NCBI GenBank assembly: GCA_965223845.1
Contig: CBDCXR010000004.1
Location: forward strand, 6,528,001 to 6,592,000
Direction of reading: 5' to 3'
From: Planctomycetota bacterium
GTDB taxonomy: Bacteria > Planctomycetota > UBA8108 > SXIK01
Length of the DNA stretch: 64,000 bases
The position numbers and the translations under genes were made by a program. The notes beneath the pieces are model-generated. The model was not told the origin of the DNA and made no database searches. It saw nothing but the letters and a program-made list of their open reading frames with translations. Below, one piece after another: positions 31,004-39,780 of the stretch (the first letter of the stretch is position 1; every line of letters begins with the position of its first letter).

Positions 31004-31720
31004 TCAAAAGTTCGTTTCGATCATCGGCCGAAACGTGATGTCGTGAACCACGACGTCCGAAGGGAGAGCGAGTACGGAATAGATCGCTTCGGCGACGCTG
31101 TCGGGGTGCATATAGTCGGGGCGTGGTTTCGCGCGAAACGTCGTATCGGTTCCACCCGGATACACTGCCGACACGCGCACGTCGTGCTGGCGCGCTTCCT
31201 TGAGGAGCACGCCGTGAAGTCCTTGAAGTCCTTTTTTCGCGGCGGTGTAGGCGCTCATCGTCTCGTTGTCGAAGTGACAAACCGTCGAGAGCACGTTCAC
31301 GATATGTCCGCTCCGCCGAGCGATCATGTCGGGAAGGACACTTCGAAGGAGGATGAACGGCGCCCGGAGATTGACGGCGACGATGTCGTCGAACTCCTCG
31401 AGGCCGACCTCTTCCACGGGGGCTTTTCGCGAATTGAACCCCGCGTTGTTGACCAGAATCTCGACGGGGCCGTGAGCGTCGGCGGCCGCAGAAGCGAAGT
31501 CCGCGATATCGGTCGCACTGCGAAGGTCGAACCTTCGGGTGAAGACGCCGCTCGCACGGGCCGCTCGAGCTTCCTGAGCGACCGCCTCGAGCGCGTCCGA
31601 GTTCCGGCCGCAGAGGCTGAGGCACGCGCGTTCGCGCGCGAGCCGAACGGCAAGCGAGCGGCCGATCCCGCGCGTCGCGCCGGTGATGAGAACGTGTTTC
31701 CCGTCGAGGCTGGCCCGCAT
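31004..31720 (-). CDS. SDR oxidoreductase
   Basis: TGATRGIG, VNNAG, YTAAK, VYPGGTDT. Confidence 0.92.
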   Translation of the reverse strand: MRASLDGKHVLITGATRGIGRSLAVRLARERACLSLCGRNSDALEAVAQEARAARASGVFTRRFDLRSATDIADFASAAADAHGPVEILVNNAGFNSRKAPVEEVGLEEFDDIVAVNLRAPFILLRSVLPDMIARRSGHIVNVLSTVCHFDNETMSAYTAAKKGLQGLHGVLLKEARQHDVRVSAVYPGGTDTTFRAKPRPDYMHPDSVAEAIYSVLALPSDVVVHDITFRPMIETNF

Positions 31721-31907
31721 TTCTCAACAAATCCTCTACGAATCGATCAGACGAGAAGTTCGCGTCGGATGCGCCGCCGCCCCGGACCTCAGAGCGTGTC
31801 CGACCGGCGCGTGGTTCACCGACGTGATACGCTATCGAGCGGCGATTCGAGCGCACAGGATAACGATCCGTGCGCTCGAGCGCCAATCTGCGAATCGAGT
31901 CGCCGGC

Positions 31908-32216
31908 ATGAATGAACGCTGCTCGTCCCTATTCGTGTACGGAACGCTCATGGATGAATCCGTGCAGCGCCGCCTCCTCGGTCGCGCGGTCGCGGGACGA
32001 GCCGCCGTGCTCGCCGGCTTCGAGAAAGGCGTTCTCCGTCAGGGCGAGGCCGAGTACCCGATCCTCAGGCGGCGCGCCGGGGCCGTGGTCGGCGGCCTCG
32101 TCCTCGAAGTCTCCGCCTCGGAGCTGGCCATCTTCGACGAATACGAAGGGGCCGAGTACCGCCGCGTGCGCGTGCGGCCGGAGGGCGGACCGGAGTGCTG
32201 GGCCTACGTCGAGTGA
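31908..32216 (+). CDS. Gamma-glutamylcyclotransferase/AIG2-like protein
   Basis: LFVYGTLM, YP.L, D.YEG..Y.R, WAYV; ATG 31908. Confidence 0.88.
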   Translation: MNERCSSLFVYGTLMDESVQRRLLGRAVAGRAAVLAGFEKGVLRQGEAEYPILRRRAGAVVGGLVLEVSASELAIFDEYEGAEYRRVRVRPEGGPECWAYVE

Positions 32217-32235
32217 TCGAGTCCGGTCGATCGCG

Positions 32236-32877
32236 TCAGCAGGGAGATGACTCGCAGGTGAGAGCCGTCTCTTCCTCCTCGAGTCCGCACTCGTCGGTGG
32301 GTGGTGGGATCGGCGCTCCGGTCCCGAAGAGGCGATTCAGCGTGTAGATCGCGTCGGCGATATTCACCTGTTCGTCCGCGTTGGCGTCGGCAGCTTTTTC
32401 GCAGTCCGAGCCCGCGGCATCGCCGAAGAGCGCGTTCAGCGTCGCGATCGCATCGGCGATGTTGACGGCGAGATCGCCGTTCGAATCGCCGCGGATGAAC
32501 TCTCCGTCGGGCGGCGGGGCGTCGACCACCCCCGGATGGGTGACGGCATCGGGATCACCGGGATCGGGGTCGCCTGTCACCCACGTTCCGGCCGGGTCGA
32601 GGAGCTCCTCGCCGTTCGTCTTCCCGTCGCCGTCGGAGTCTTCCTCCGCGAAGAGAGGTTCCCAGAATTCCTCGTCGCCGCCGATCGAAACGACCGGGCG
32701 CACGCCCTCGCCGAAGGGATTCCGCGGGCCGCCACCGCCCGGGTCGATGTGGCACCCGGCGCATCCGAACAGAGAGCCGTTCGGGAACTGATCGACGCGC
32801 CAAGGACGAGCGTCGACCGACAGAGGAATCGCGACGATGCAGAGCGTCCCGAAAATGAAAACCCAACGATTCGACAT
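32236..32877 (-). CDS. Secreted small protein: CxxCH/temptin-like domain + dockerin-like domain
   Basis: Signal peptide; PNG...CAGCH..GGGGPRNPFG...DSDGDGKTNGEEL.DP; FIRGDSNGD..NIAD and ADANAD..NIAD. Confidence 0.82.
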   Translation of the reverse strand: MSNRWVFIFGTLCIVAIPLSVDARPWRVDQFPNGSLFGCAGCHIDPGGGGPRNPFGEGVRPVVSIGGDEEFWEPLFAEEDSDGDGKTNGEELLDPAGTWVTGDPDPGDPDAVTHPGVVDAPPPDGEFIRGDSNGDLAVNIADAIATLNALFGDAAGSDCEKAADANADEQVNIADAIYTLNRLFGTGAPIPPPTDECGLEEEETALTCESSPC

Positions 32878-33306
32878 GCGGAAACTCCCTGAGCACGAGC
32901 GGAGGTGCTCACCTCACTCGATCGACCCAAACCTCACACAGTTTTCCCGCATGGCCCGAGTTCATGCAAGTTCTGTTCAGACGCCCGGCGCCGGACTGAG
33001 CCCGTCGAGATTCCGGTCGACGCATCGGTGAGCCACGGGCGTTTCGTCGGGCGCCAGATTCGATCTCGCCGCGGGCGATCGCCCTCCCGTCGTCGCCCGA
33101 ACAAATGTCGAAGCTGCTCCGGCTGCTGCGACCAAGCGGCGGAGCCGGCTCGACCTCGCGCGTCGAAGGGGCTTGTTTCCGAGTCTTTCGGTTCGTACGT
33201 TCGCGGTTCGTCATTCCGTCCTCTCCGGTGCGCATCCCCAGTTACCTTGAGCTCCCTCATCCCGCGGGCTGCCCGAGCGCAGTCGGCGCGCGGGTGTCCG
33301 TCCGCC

Positions 33307-35553
33307 GTGCGGCGCTGCGCGGCGGCGCTTCGGCGCGCAGTCGTTCGATTCGCTCCTCGTGTCCGCGCACTGCGCGTCGTCACGTGTGCCATCTCGTGCA
33401 CTTTCGCGACCGCTTCTCTGCGGGGTGCGGAGGATGTGGATGCGACTCTCGCCGAGCTCGATGGCGCTCCACCCCCGAACGCGATCGCCGTCCGCGTCGA
33501 TGAGCCTCCGCGACTCGACGGCAGGCTCGACGATCGCGCGTGGACGCTCGCACTTCCGCAGACGAAGTTCATGCAGGCCTATCCGAACTCGGGAGCCGAG
33601 CCGAGCGAGCCGACCCAGTTTCGAGTCGTCTTCGACGACGACCACCTCTACTTCGGGATCCGCTGCGAGGAGAGCGATCCATCCCAAGTCATCGCGCGCG
33701 ATATGAGTCGCGATGGCTCGCTCTTCTCGGACGACTACTGTGCGATCGTGTTCGACACGTTTCTCGATCGCCGAAACGGCTACTACTTCGGATTCAACGC
33801 GAACGGCGCGCGTTACGATGCGCTTATCACCGGCAACCGCAGCTTCGACGAGAGTTGGGACGGAATCTGGGAGGTGCGAGGTCGCCGAGACGACAGAGGG
33901 TGGGCAGCCGAAGTGAAGATTCCGTTCAAGACGCTCGCGTTCGATCCGGCGAGCGACACTTGGGGCTTCAACGTGTCGCGAAACCTGAAGACACGCTTCG
34001 AACGCGTACGCTGGAGCGGCCCGGAAGCGCAGTTTCGCGTCTACAACGTTTCGGTCGCCGGCACTCTTTCGGGGCTCGAGGGGATTCGTCAGGGACGCGG
34101 AATCCAAGTCTCGCCTTACGCACTCGGAAAGTTCCGCCGCGATCATGATCCGATCGACGACGACTGGGATTTCGAGGCCGGCGGAGACGTTCGCTACCGC
34201 ATCGCCCCGAACCTGACCGCGAGCCTCAGCTACAACACGGACTTCGCCGAGACCGAGGTCGACGCGCGGCAGGTCAACCTGACGCGATTCCCGCTCTTCT
34301 TCCCGGAGAAGCGCGCGTTCTTTCTCGAGGACTCCGGGATCTTTCGGTTCGGCGGGCTCGGCTCGAACTCGTTCTTGCCGTTCTTCAGTCGACGCATCGG
34401 CCTCAGCGCAGACGGCGAGATCGTCCCGCTCGTCGTCGCGGGCAAGCTGACCGGGAGAGTGGGCGAGTACAACATCGGTGCGATCGACACGCTCGTCGAC
34501 GATCACGACGGCCTGGACGAGCGAAACGCATTCGTCGGGCGTATATCGCGGAATGTCCTCGATCAGTCGACGGTGGGAGCTCTGATCACCGCCGGCGATC
34601 CGAACTCGCGCGACGACAACTTTCTCGGTGGAGTCGATTTCAACTACCGGACGACGGAGTTTCTCGGCGATCACACGCTCGAGCTCAGCATGTTTGGTCT
34701 CGGCTCGTACACGGAGAACGTCGACAGCGATGAAAACCTCGCGTTCGGAGCTGAGCTCGAGCTCCCGAACGACCTTTACGACATCGAGCTCGAGGCGTAC
34801 CAGATCGACGAAAACTTTCGCGCTGGCCTCGGCTTCGTACCGCGGAAGAGCATCCGTTCGTATTCGGGTCAGGCAGCGTGGCGCGCCCGTCCGGAGTCTC
34901 TTCCCGACGTGCGCCGCATCTTTTCGAGCTACACGACGACGAACATCACCGACCTCGACGACCGACTCGAGACGTCGACTCACGTCGTCACGCCCGCGTG
35001 GATCATCTTCGAGACGGGGGACGAGATTTACGCTTCGTTCCGGCGTGAGCTCGACGCGCCGGACGAGAGCTTCGAGATCAGCGACGGCGTGACGATCACG
35101 CCCGGCGACTATTGGTGGACCGACTACGAGATCGGGTTCGAGACCGCGAGCAAGCGCCTCCTCGAGTTCACCGGTGCTTATCGATTCGGCGAGTTTTACG
35201 ACGGACGCCGAGAGCGGTACTCCCTCATGATCGACCTGCGGGCGACGAAATACCTGAACATGGCGTTCGGCTACGAGCTCAATCAGGTAAGGCTGCCCGC
35301 GGGAGATTTCGACACGCGACTCGGCTCCGTCCGACTGCGTATCCACTTCACGCCCGAGATCACCTGGAGCAATCTCGTACAGTACGACAATGTGAGCGAC
35401 ACGATCGGTCTCAACAGCCGTGTTCGCTGGGAGATCCGTCCGGGTACGAGCCTTTTCGTCGTCGCCAATCAGAACAGCGACCGGAGCGCGGGTCGTCTCG
35501 AGACGATCTCGACGGAGCTCACCGTCAAGCTGGGCGCGACGTTTCGGTTCTGA
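33307..35553 (+). CDS. CBM9-like + DUF5916 outer-membrane protein
   Basis: P.LDG.LDD..W, W.AE.KIPF.TL, NTDFAETEVD...NLTRFPLFFPEKR.FF.E, FSRRIG, terminal Phe; start uncertain. Confidence 0.85.
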   Translation: MRRCAAALRRAVVRFAPRVRALRVVTCAISCTFATASLRGAEDVDATLAELDGAPPPNAIAVRVDEPPRLDGRLDDRAWTLALPQTKFMQAYPNSGAEPSEPTQFRVVFDDDHLYFGIRCEESDPSQVIARDMSRDGSLFSDDYCAIVFDTFLDRRNGYYFGFNANGARYDALITGNRSFDESWDGIWEVRGRRDDRGWAAEVKIPFKTLAFDPASDTWGFNVSRNLKTRFERVRWSGPEAQFRVYNVSVAGTLSGLEGIRQGRGIQVSPYALGKFRRDHDPIDDDWDFEAGGDVRYRIAPNLTASLSYNTDFAETEVDARQVNLTRFPLFFPEKRAFFLEDSGIFRFGGLGSNSFLPFFSRRIGLSADGEIVPLVVAGKLTGRVGEYNIGAIDTLVDDHDGLDERNAFVGRISRNVLDQSTVGALITAGDPNSRDDNFLGGVDFNYRTTEFLGDHTLELSMFGLGSYTENVDSDENLAFGAELELPNDLYDIELEAYQIDENFRAGLGFVPRKSIRSYSGQAAWRARPESLPDVRRIFSSYTTTNITDLDDRLETSTHVVTPAWIIFETGDEIYASFRRELDAPDESFEISDGVTITPGDYWWTDYEIGFETASKRLLEFTGAYRFGEFYDGRRERYSLMIDLRATKYLNMAFGYELNQVRLPAGDFDTRLGSVRLRIHFTPEITWSNLVQYDNVSDTIGLNSRVRWEIRPGTSLFVVANQNSDRSAGRLETISTELTVKLGATFRF

Positions 35554-35619
35554 CGTCGCCGCGCGGGCTTGCGGTGGAAGTGGGAACCCCCTAAGCTAAC
35601 CGCGTTCACCACGATCGAG

Positions 35620-35727
35620 CATCGCTGGGGGTGCCCCGGTCGCAGCGCCGAGCGCAGCGAGAGATCCCGGGCTGAGAGCAGACCCTTGGAACCTGATCCG
35701 GATCGGACCGGCGTAGGGAACGCGATG
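35620..35727 (+). promoter_or_regulatory. TPP riboswitch
   Basis: GGGGTGC...GCTGAGA...ACCCT..AACCTGATCCGGAT...ACCGGCGTAGGGAA; P1 CATCGC/GCGATG; upstream of thiC. Confidence 0.96.
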
Positions 35728-35909
35728 GGTGCGGAGGCGGAGCGTCCTTCCACCATCTAGGGCCGTCAGAGCGGCCGAGTCCCTCGCGCTGGGACCGAAA
35801 CTCCGCGGGCCGCAGCGGATGACCGCCGCGGGCGATGCATCGATCCGGCGGTCGCGCCGAAGCGATGCACGATCGATCGACGGAATCCTGAAGACCGAGA
35901 GGGGGTGTC

Positions 35910-37646
35910 ATGAGCGCACGGGAGTCAGAGAGCACGCCGAAGCGGGGCGAGATCGACAGGTCGTACACTCTGCCGCCGCGAGGAGAGAACCCATCCAGTG
36001 CCGCGGAGGGCACGAATCCCGGGAGCTTCGCACTCTCGCCGGAGATCGGAGGGCCGCGCACGTTCAGCTCGCCGGACTCGCCGGCGATGCCCGAGCCCTC
36101 GCCGGTGACCGCGCTCGATTGGGCGAACGAACCAGGACGCAAGCCAGTCACGCAGCTAGAGTCCGCTCGCGCGGGGACGATCACGCCGGAGATGCACCGA
36201 GTCGCCGAGCGCGAGCCGCATCTTTCTCCCGAAGCCGTTCGCGACGAGGTCGCCGCTGGTCGGATGATCATTCCCGCGAACCGCGTGCACCTTCGCTATC
36301 ACCTCGACCCGATGGCGATCGGTCGCGCGTCGAAGACGAAGATCAATGCGAATATGGGCGCGTCCCCGGTGAGCTCGGGGACCGACGAAGAACTCGAGAA
36401 GCTCCGGTGGGCGGAGCGCTGGCAAGCCGACACGGTGATGGATCTTTCGACGGGCGGAAACCTCGACGCCTGTCGGGAAGCGATGATCCAGCACGCGACG
36501 GTCCCCATCGGTACCGTTCCGATCTATTCGATGATCATCGGTCGGCGCATCGAGGATCTCACCTACGACATGATCCTCGAGACGCTCGAGCACCAGGCGA
36601 AGCAGGGCGTCGACTACTTTACGATCCACGCCGGCGTCCTCCGCGAGCATCTCCCGCTCGTCAAGGATCGACTCATCGGTATCGTTTCGCGCGGCGGGAG
36701 TCTTCTCGCCAAGTGGATGCTCCACCACGGGAAGCAGAATCCGATGTACGACCTCTTCGAGGACATCTGCGACATCATGCGCGAGTACGACGTCTCGTTC
36801 AGCCTCGGCGACGGTCTGCGTCCGGGCGGTCTCGCTGACGCGACGGACGATGCGCAGCTCGCGGAGCTTCAGACGCTCGGCGAGCTCACGGAACGCGCGT
36901 GGGCGAAGGGCGTCCAAGTGATGATCGAAGGGCCGGGACATGTGCCGTTCGATCAGATCGAGTTCAACATGAAGCTCGAGCGACGGCTTTGTCACGGGGC
37001 GCCGTTCTACGTGCTCGGTCCGCTCGTCACGGACATCTTCCCGGGGTACGACCACATCACCTCGTGCATCGGTGCGACCGCGGCGGCCTATCACGGGGCA
37101 TCGATGCTCTGCTACGTGACGCCCAAGGAGCATCTGGGGCTCCCGAAACGCGAGGACGTGAAGCAGGGTTGTATCGCCTACAAGATCGCGGCGCATGCCG
37201 CAGACGTCGCGCTCGGAATTCCCGGGACGCGAGACCGCGACGACGAGTTGACGAAAGCGCGCGCCGCACTCAATTGGGAGAAGCACTTCGAGCTCGCGTT
37301 CGACACTGACGTCGCGCGGGCGTACCACGATGAGGACCTCGACGTCGACACCGACTTCTGCGCGATGTGCGGACACGACTGGTGCTCGGTGCGAATCTCG
37401 AAGGAGATCCAGGAGTTCGCATCGGGAAAGTCGGACGACCATCAGCCGGCGAAGAAAGCCATGCGTTCGGCGGCGCTCACGGACGATCAGCGCGAAATCC
37501 TCGAGAAGCGCGGGGTGCTCTCGCCGGAGGAGATCCACAAGCTCGCTTCGAAGGGGAGCGGAGAGAAGGCGGCGTGCCACTCGGAGTTGGTGGCGGGGGC
37601 GGAGGAGGCTCGTGCGCGGCAGGTGGAGATCCTTCGGGCGGAGTGA
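35910..37646 (+). CDS. thiC: Phosphomethylpyrimidine synthase
   Basis: [57 protein letters not shown]. Confidence 0.98.
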   Translation: MSARESESTPKRGEIDRSYTLPPRGENPSSAAEGTNPGSFALSPEIGGPRTFSSPDSPAMPEPSPVTALDWANEPGRKPVTQLESARAGTITPEMHRVAEREPHLSPEAVRDEVAAGRMIIPANRVHLRYHLDPMAIGRASKTKINANMGASPVSSGTDEELEKLRWAERWQADTVMDLSTGGNLDACREAMIQHATVPIGTVPIYSMIIGRRIEDLTYDMILETLEHQAKQGVDYFTIHAGVLREHLPLVKDRLIGIVSRGGSLLAKWMLHHGKQNPMYDLFEDICDIMREYDVSFSLGDGLRPGGLADATDDAQLAELQTLGELTERAWAKGVQVMIEGPGHVPFDQIEFNMKLERRLCHGAPFYVLGPLVTDIFPGYDHITSCIGATAAAYHGASMLCYVTPKEHLGLPKREDVKQGCIAYKIAAHAADVALGIPGTRDRDDELTKARAALNWEKHFELAFDTDVARAYHDEDLDVDTDFCAMCGHDWCSVRISKEIQEFASGKSDDHQPAKKAMRSAALTDDQREILEKRGVLSPEEIHKLASKGSGEKAACHSELVAGAEEARARQVEILRAE

Positions 37647-37681
37647 GGGGTTTTGGCGTATGGGCTGCTCGTGAGAGGTTT

Positions 37682-37830
37682 CACACGAAGGGGACGCGAA
37701 GGAAGACGAAGAGGAGAGAAGAGGAGTAGAGATGAGAATAGAGAGGGGATGAAGAGAGTCGGAAAAGGAGAGTAGAGAAGGGATGAAGGGAGAGAATTGG
37801 GGAAGAGAAGAGCGGCGGGAAGGGGACGAT
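37682..37830 (+). repeat. CACACGAAG periodic repeat followed by ~120-bp purine-rich tract
   Basis: CACACGAAGGGGACGCGAAGGAAGACGAAG followed by A/G-rich sequence; 26 bp identical to the reverse complement of 60759-60784. Confidence 0.88.
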
Positions 37831-37949
37831 TGAGGGACGTTGTCGGCGAGACGTTTGTGGTGTATGGACCGGCGTAGAGTTCTGGGCGGCGCGACGACGA
37901 TCCTGACACCGGGGGTGGCGACCTACTCGGACGCGCTCGCGAGTCGTCG

Positions 37950-38867
37950 ATGAAGCGCTCGGTGATTCTTCCTTGCGCCGGTGAAGGGGAGCGCTGGGGG
38001 CAGCATCTTGGAGTACCGAAGCAGTTGGCTCCGGTCGGTGGGGAGGCACTCGTCGCTCGCACCGTCCGGCTGCTGCGCGCGCGGGGAGTCGAATCGATCA
38101 GGATTCTTGCCGGTGCCCAGCGCGAAGCGTTCGAGGGGATGGGCGCCGAGGTCGTCGTTCCGGAAGAGCGTCGATACCTGACGGATGCCCTTCGGTCGTC
38201 GCGTGATTTTTGGGGTGGGGAGGAGACTGTCGTCCTGCTCGGCGACGTCTTCTTCACGGAGCGTGCGCTCGATGCGGCGCTCGCACCAGCGACGGGAGTT
38301 CGATTCTTCGGGATCGAACCGAGCGATCCTCTTGTCGACGAAGGGATTCGACGTCCGGAGATCTTTGCGTTCGCGTTCACGCGCCACGCCGCGGACGCCG
38401 TCTCGCGCGCACTCGAGAGATCGAGTGCGCTCGCTCGGATACGCGACGACTTCGGAGGTCGGCACCGGCGACTCGGAGCACTCGACGCGGGACGCTTCGT
38501 CGCGCGCGGCCGCGCCGTCGCTCGATCCATCGGCGACCGCGTGCGCCTCATTCGTGATTATTCTCGCTTCGCGTATCCGCCGAAACCTCCGCGGATCGTT
38601 CGTCGCGTCCTCCCTCGAGCCGAGCTCTGGCGCTGGCTCCGACTTTCAACGGGGCGCTCGCGCGGAGCTCGCATTCACGGAAAACTCTGGGGCGTGTATC
38701 TCCTCCTCGAAGCGATCGATCCGTTCGGCGGAGAAGGATTCGATTGGCCCAATCCATCCTCAGAACACTTCTACCGAATCGCGGACGAAACGCGAGACTG
38801 CGACGAACCCGAGGACTACACAGCAATCTGTTCGTCACTGACCGATGCCGCGTCCACCGACGACTGA
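37950..38867 (+). CDS. Nucleotidyltransferase (GT-A/NTP_transferase-like) domain protein
   Basis: VILPCAGEGERW....PKQL..VGGE.LV.RT, VLLGDVFF, C-terminal T.D.D.PEDY. Confidence 0.78.
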   Translation: MKRSVILPCAGEGERWGQHLGVPKQLAPVGGEALVARTVRLLRARGVESIRILAGAQREAFEGMGAEVVVPEERRYLTDALRSSRDFWGGEETVVLLGDVFFTERALDAALAPATGVRFFGIEPSDPLVDEGIRRPEIFAFAFTRHAADAVSRALERSSALARIRDDFGGRHRRLGALDAGRFVARGRAVARSIGDRVRLIRDYSRFAYPPKPPRIVRRVLPRAELWRWLRLSTGRSRGARIHGKLWGVYLLLEAIDPFGGEGFDWPNPSSEHFYRIADETRDCDEPEDYTAICSSLTDAASTDD

Positions 38868-38889
38868 GATCAGAAACACGAGAGCTGAA

Positions 38890-39038
38890 CCTTCCACCCT
38901 CCTCTGTCTCTTCTTCTCTTCTTCTCTTCTCTCTCTCTCTCTCAACTCTTCCCTCCTATCTCCTATCTCCTATCTCCTATCTCCTATCTTCCTTCCTCTT
39001 CCTTCCTCTTCCTTCGTGGCCCTTCGTGCCCTTCGTGT
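38890..39038 (-). repeat. Pyrimidine-rich tract including (CTCCTAT)x5, ending in an ACACGAAG periodic repeat
   Basis: (CTCCTAT)5 at 38953-38987; reverse complement of 39011-39038 reads ACACGAAGGGCACGAAGGGCCACGAAGG. Confidence 0.88.
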
Positions 39039-39082
39039 TAATCTCCCCCTCTGAAATCGTCCCCAAGCCCGAGAACCCAAAA

Positions 39083-39745
39083 GTGCCCCAAGCCCCCGCC
39101 GGCGCCATCTTCGACATGGACGGCGTCCTCATCGAAAGCCGAGATGCCCATTGGACCGCCTGGCAGCGCCTCGGCGCCGAGCTCGATGCGCCGTTTACGC
39201 GCGAGCTCTTCGAGACGACCTTCGGGATGCACAACCGCCAGATCTTCCCGCTTTGGCTGGGACCAGATCTCGCGGAGCCCGAGCTCGAACGTCTCTCGGG
39301 TCGCAAGGAGGAGATGTTCCGTGAAGCCGCGCGCGAGACGCTCGAGCCCATTCCGGGAGTGCGTGAGCTCATCGCTTCTCTCGCGAGCGAGGGCTTTTGC
39401 CTCGCCGTCGGTTCCTCGGGCCCGCGTCCGAACGTCGAGATGGCGCTCGACGTGCTCGGCGTCCGCGAGCACTTCCGCGCACTCTCGACCGGCGATGACG
39501 TCGCGAACGGAAAACCTCACCCGGAGGTCTTTCTCATCGCCGCCGAACGGCTCGGTCTCGAGCCTTCGCGCTGCGTGGTCCTCGAAGACGCGCCGCAGGG
39601 CGTCGCGGCTGGGCTGGCAGCGGGAGCTCGAGTCATCGCGATCACGTCGACGAAGCCGGCCGCGGAGCTCAGTGGCGCGCACCGAATCGTCGAGACGTTC
39701 GAATCGGTGAGCCCCGCCGATCTTCGCGCCGTTCTCGACGACTGA
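39083..39745 (+). CDS. HAD-superfamily phosphatase (beta-PGM/CbbY-like)
   Basis: IFDMDGVL, GSSG, KPHPEVF, VLEDAPQG; GTG 39083 (the longer ORF from 38744 reads through the repeat). Confidence 0.92.
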   Translation: MPQAPAGAIFDMDGVLIESRDAHWTAWQRLGAELDAPFTRELFETTFGMHNRQIFPLWLGPDLAEPELERLSGRKEEMFREAARETLEPIPGVRELIASLASEGFCLAVGSSGPRPNVEMALDVLGVREHFRALSTGDDVANGKPHPEVFLIAAERLGLEPSRCVVLEDAPQGVAAGLAAGARVIAITSTKPAAELSGAHRIVETFESVSPADLRAVLDD

Positions 39746-39780
39746 TTCCGCGACCCTTTACCGTCGAGGAGTCGCCGCGT

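Noticed and set aside
38744-39082. Hydrophobic N-terminal extension on the HAD protein
   Set aside because: Read-through of the pyrimidine tract; the HAD motif begins just after GTG 39083
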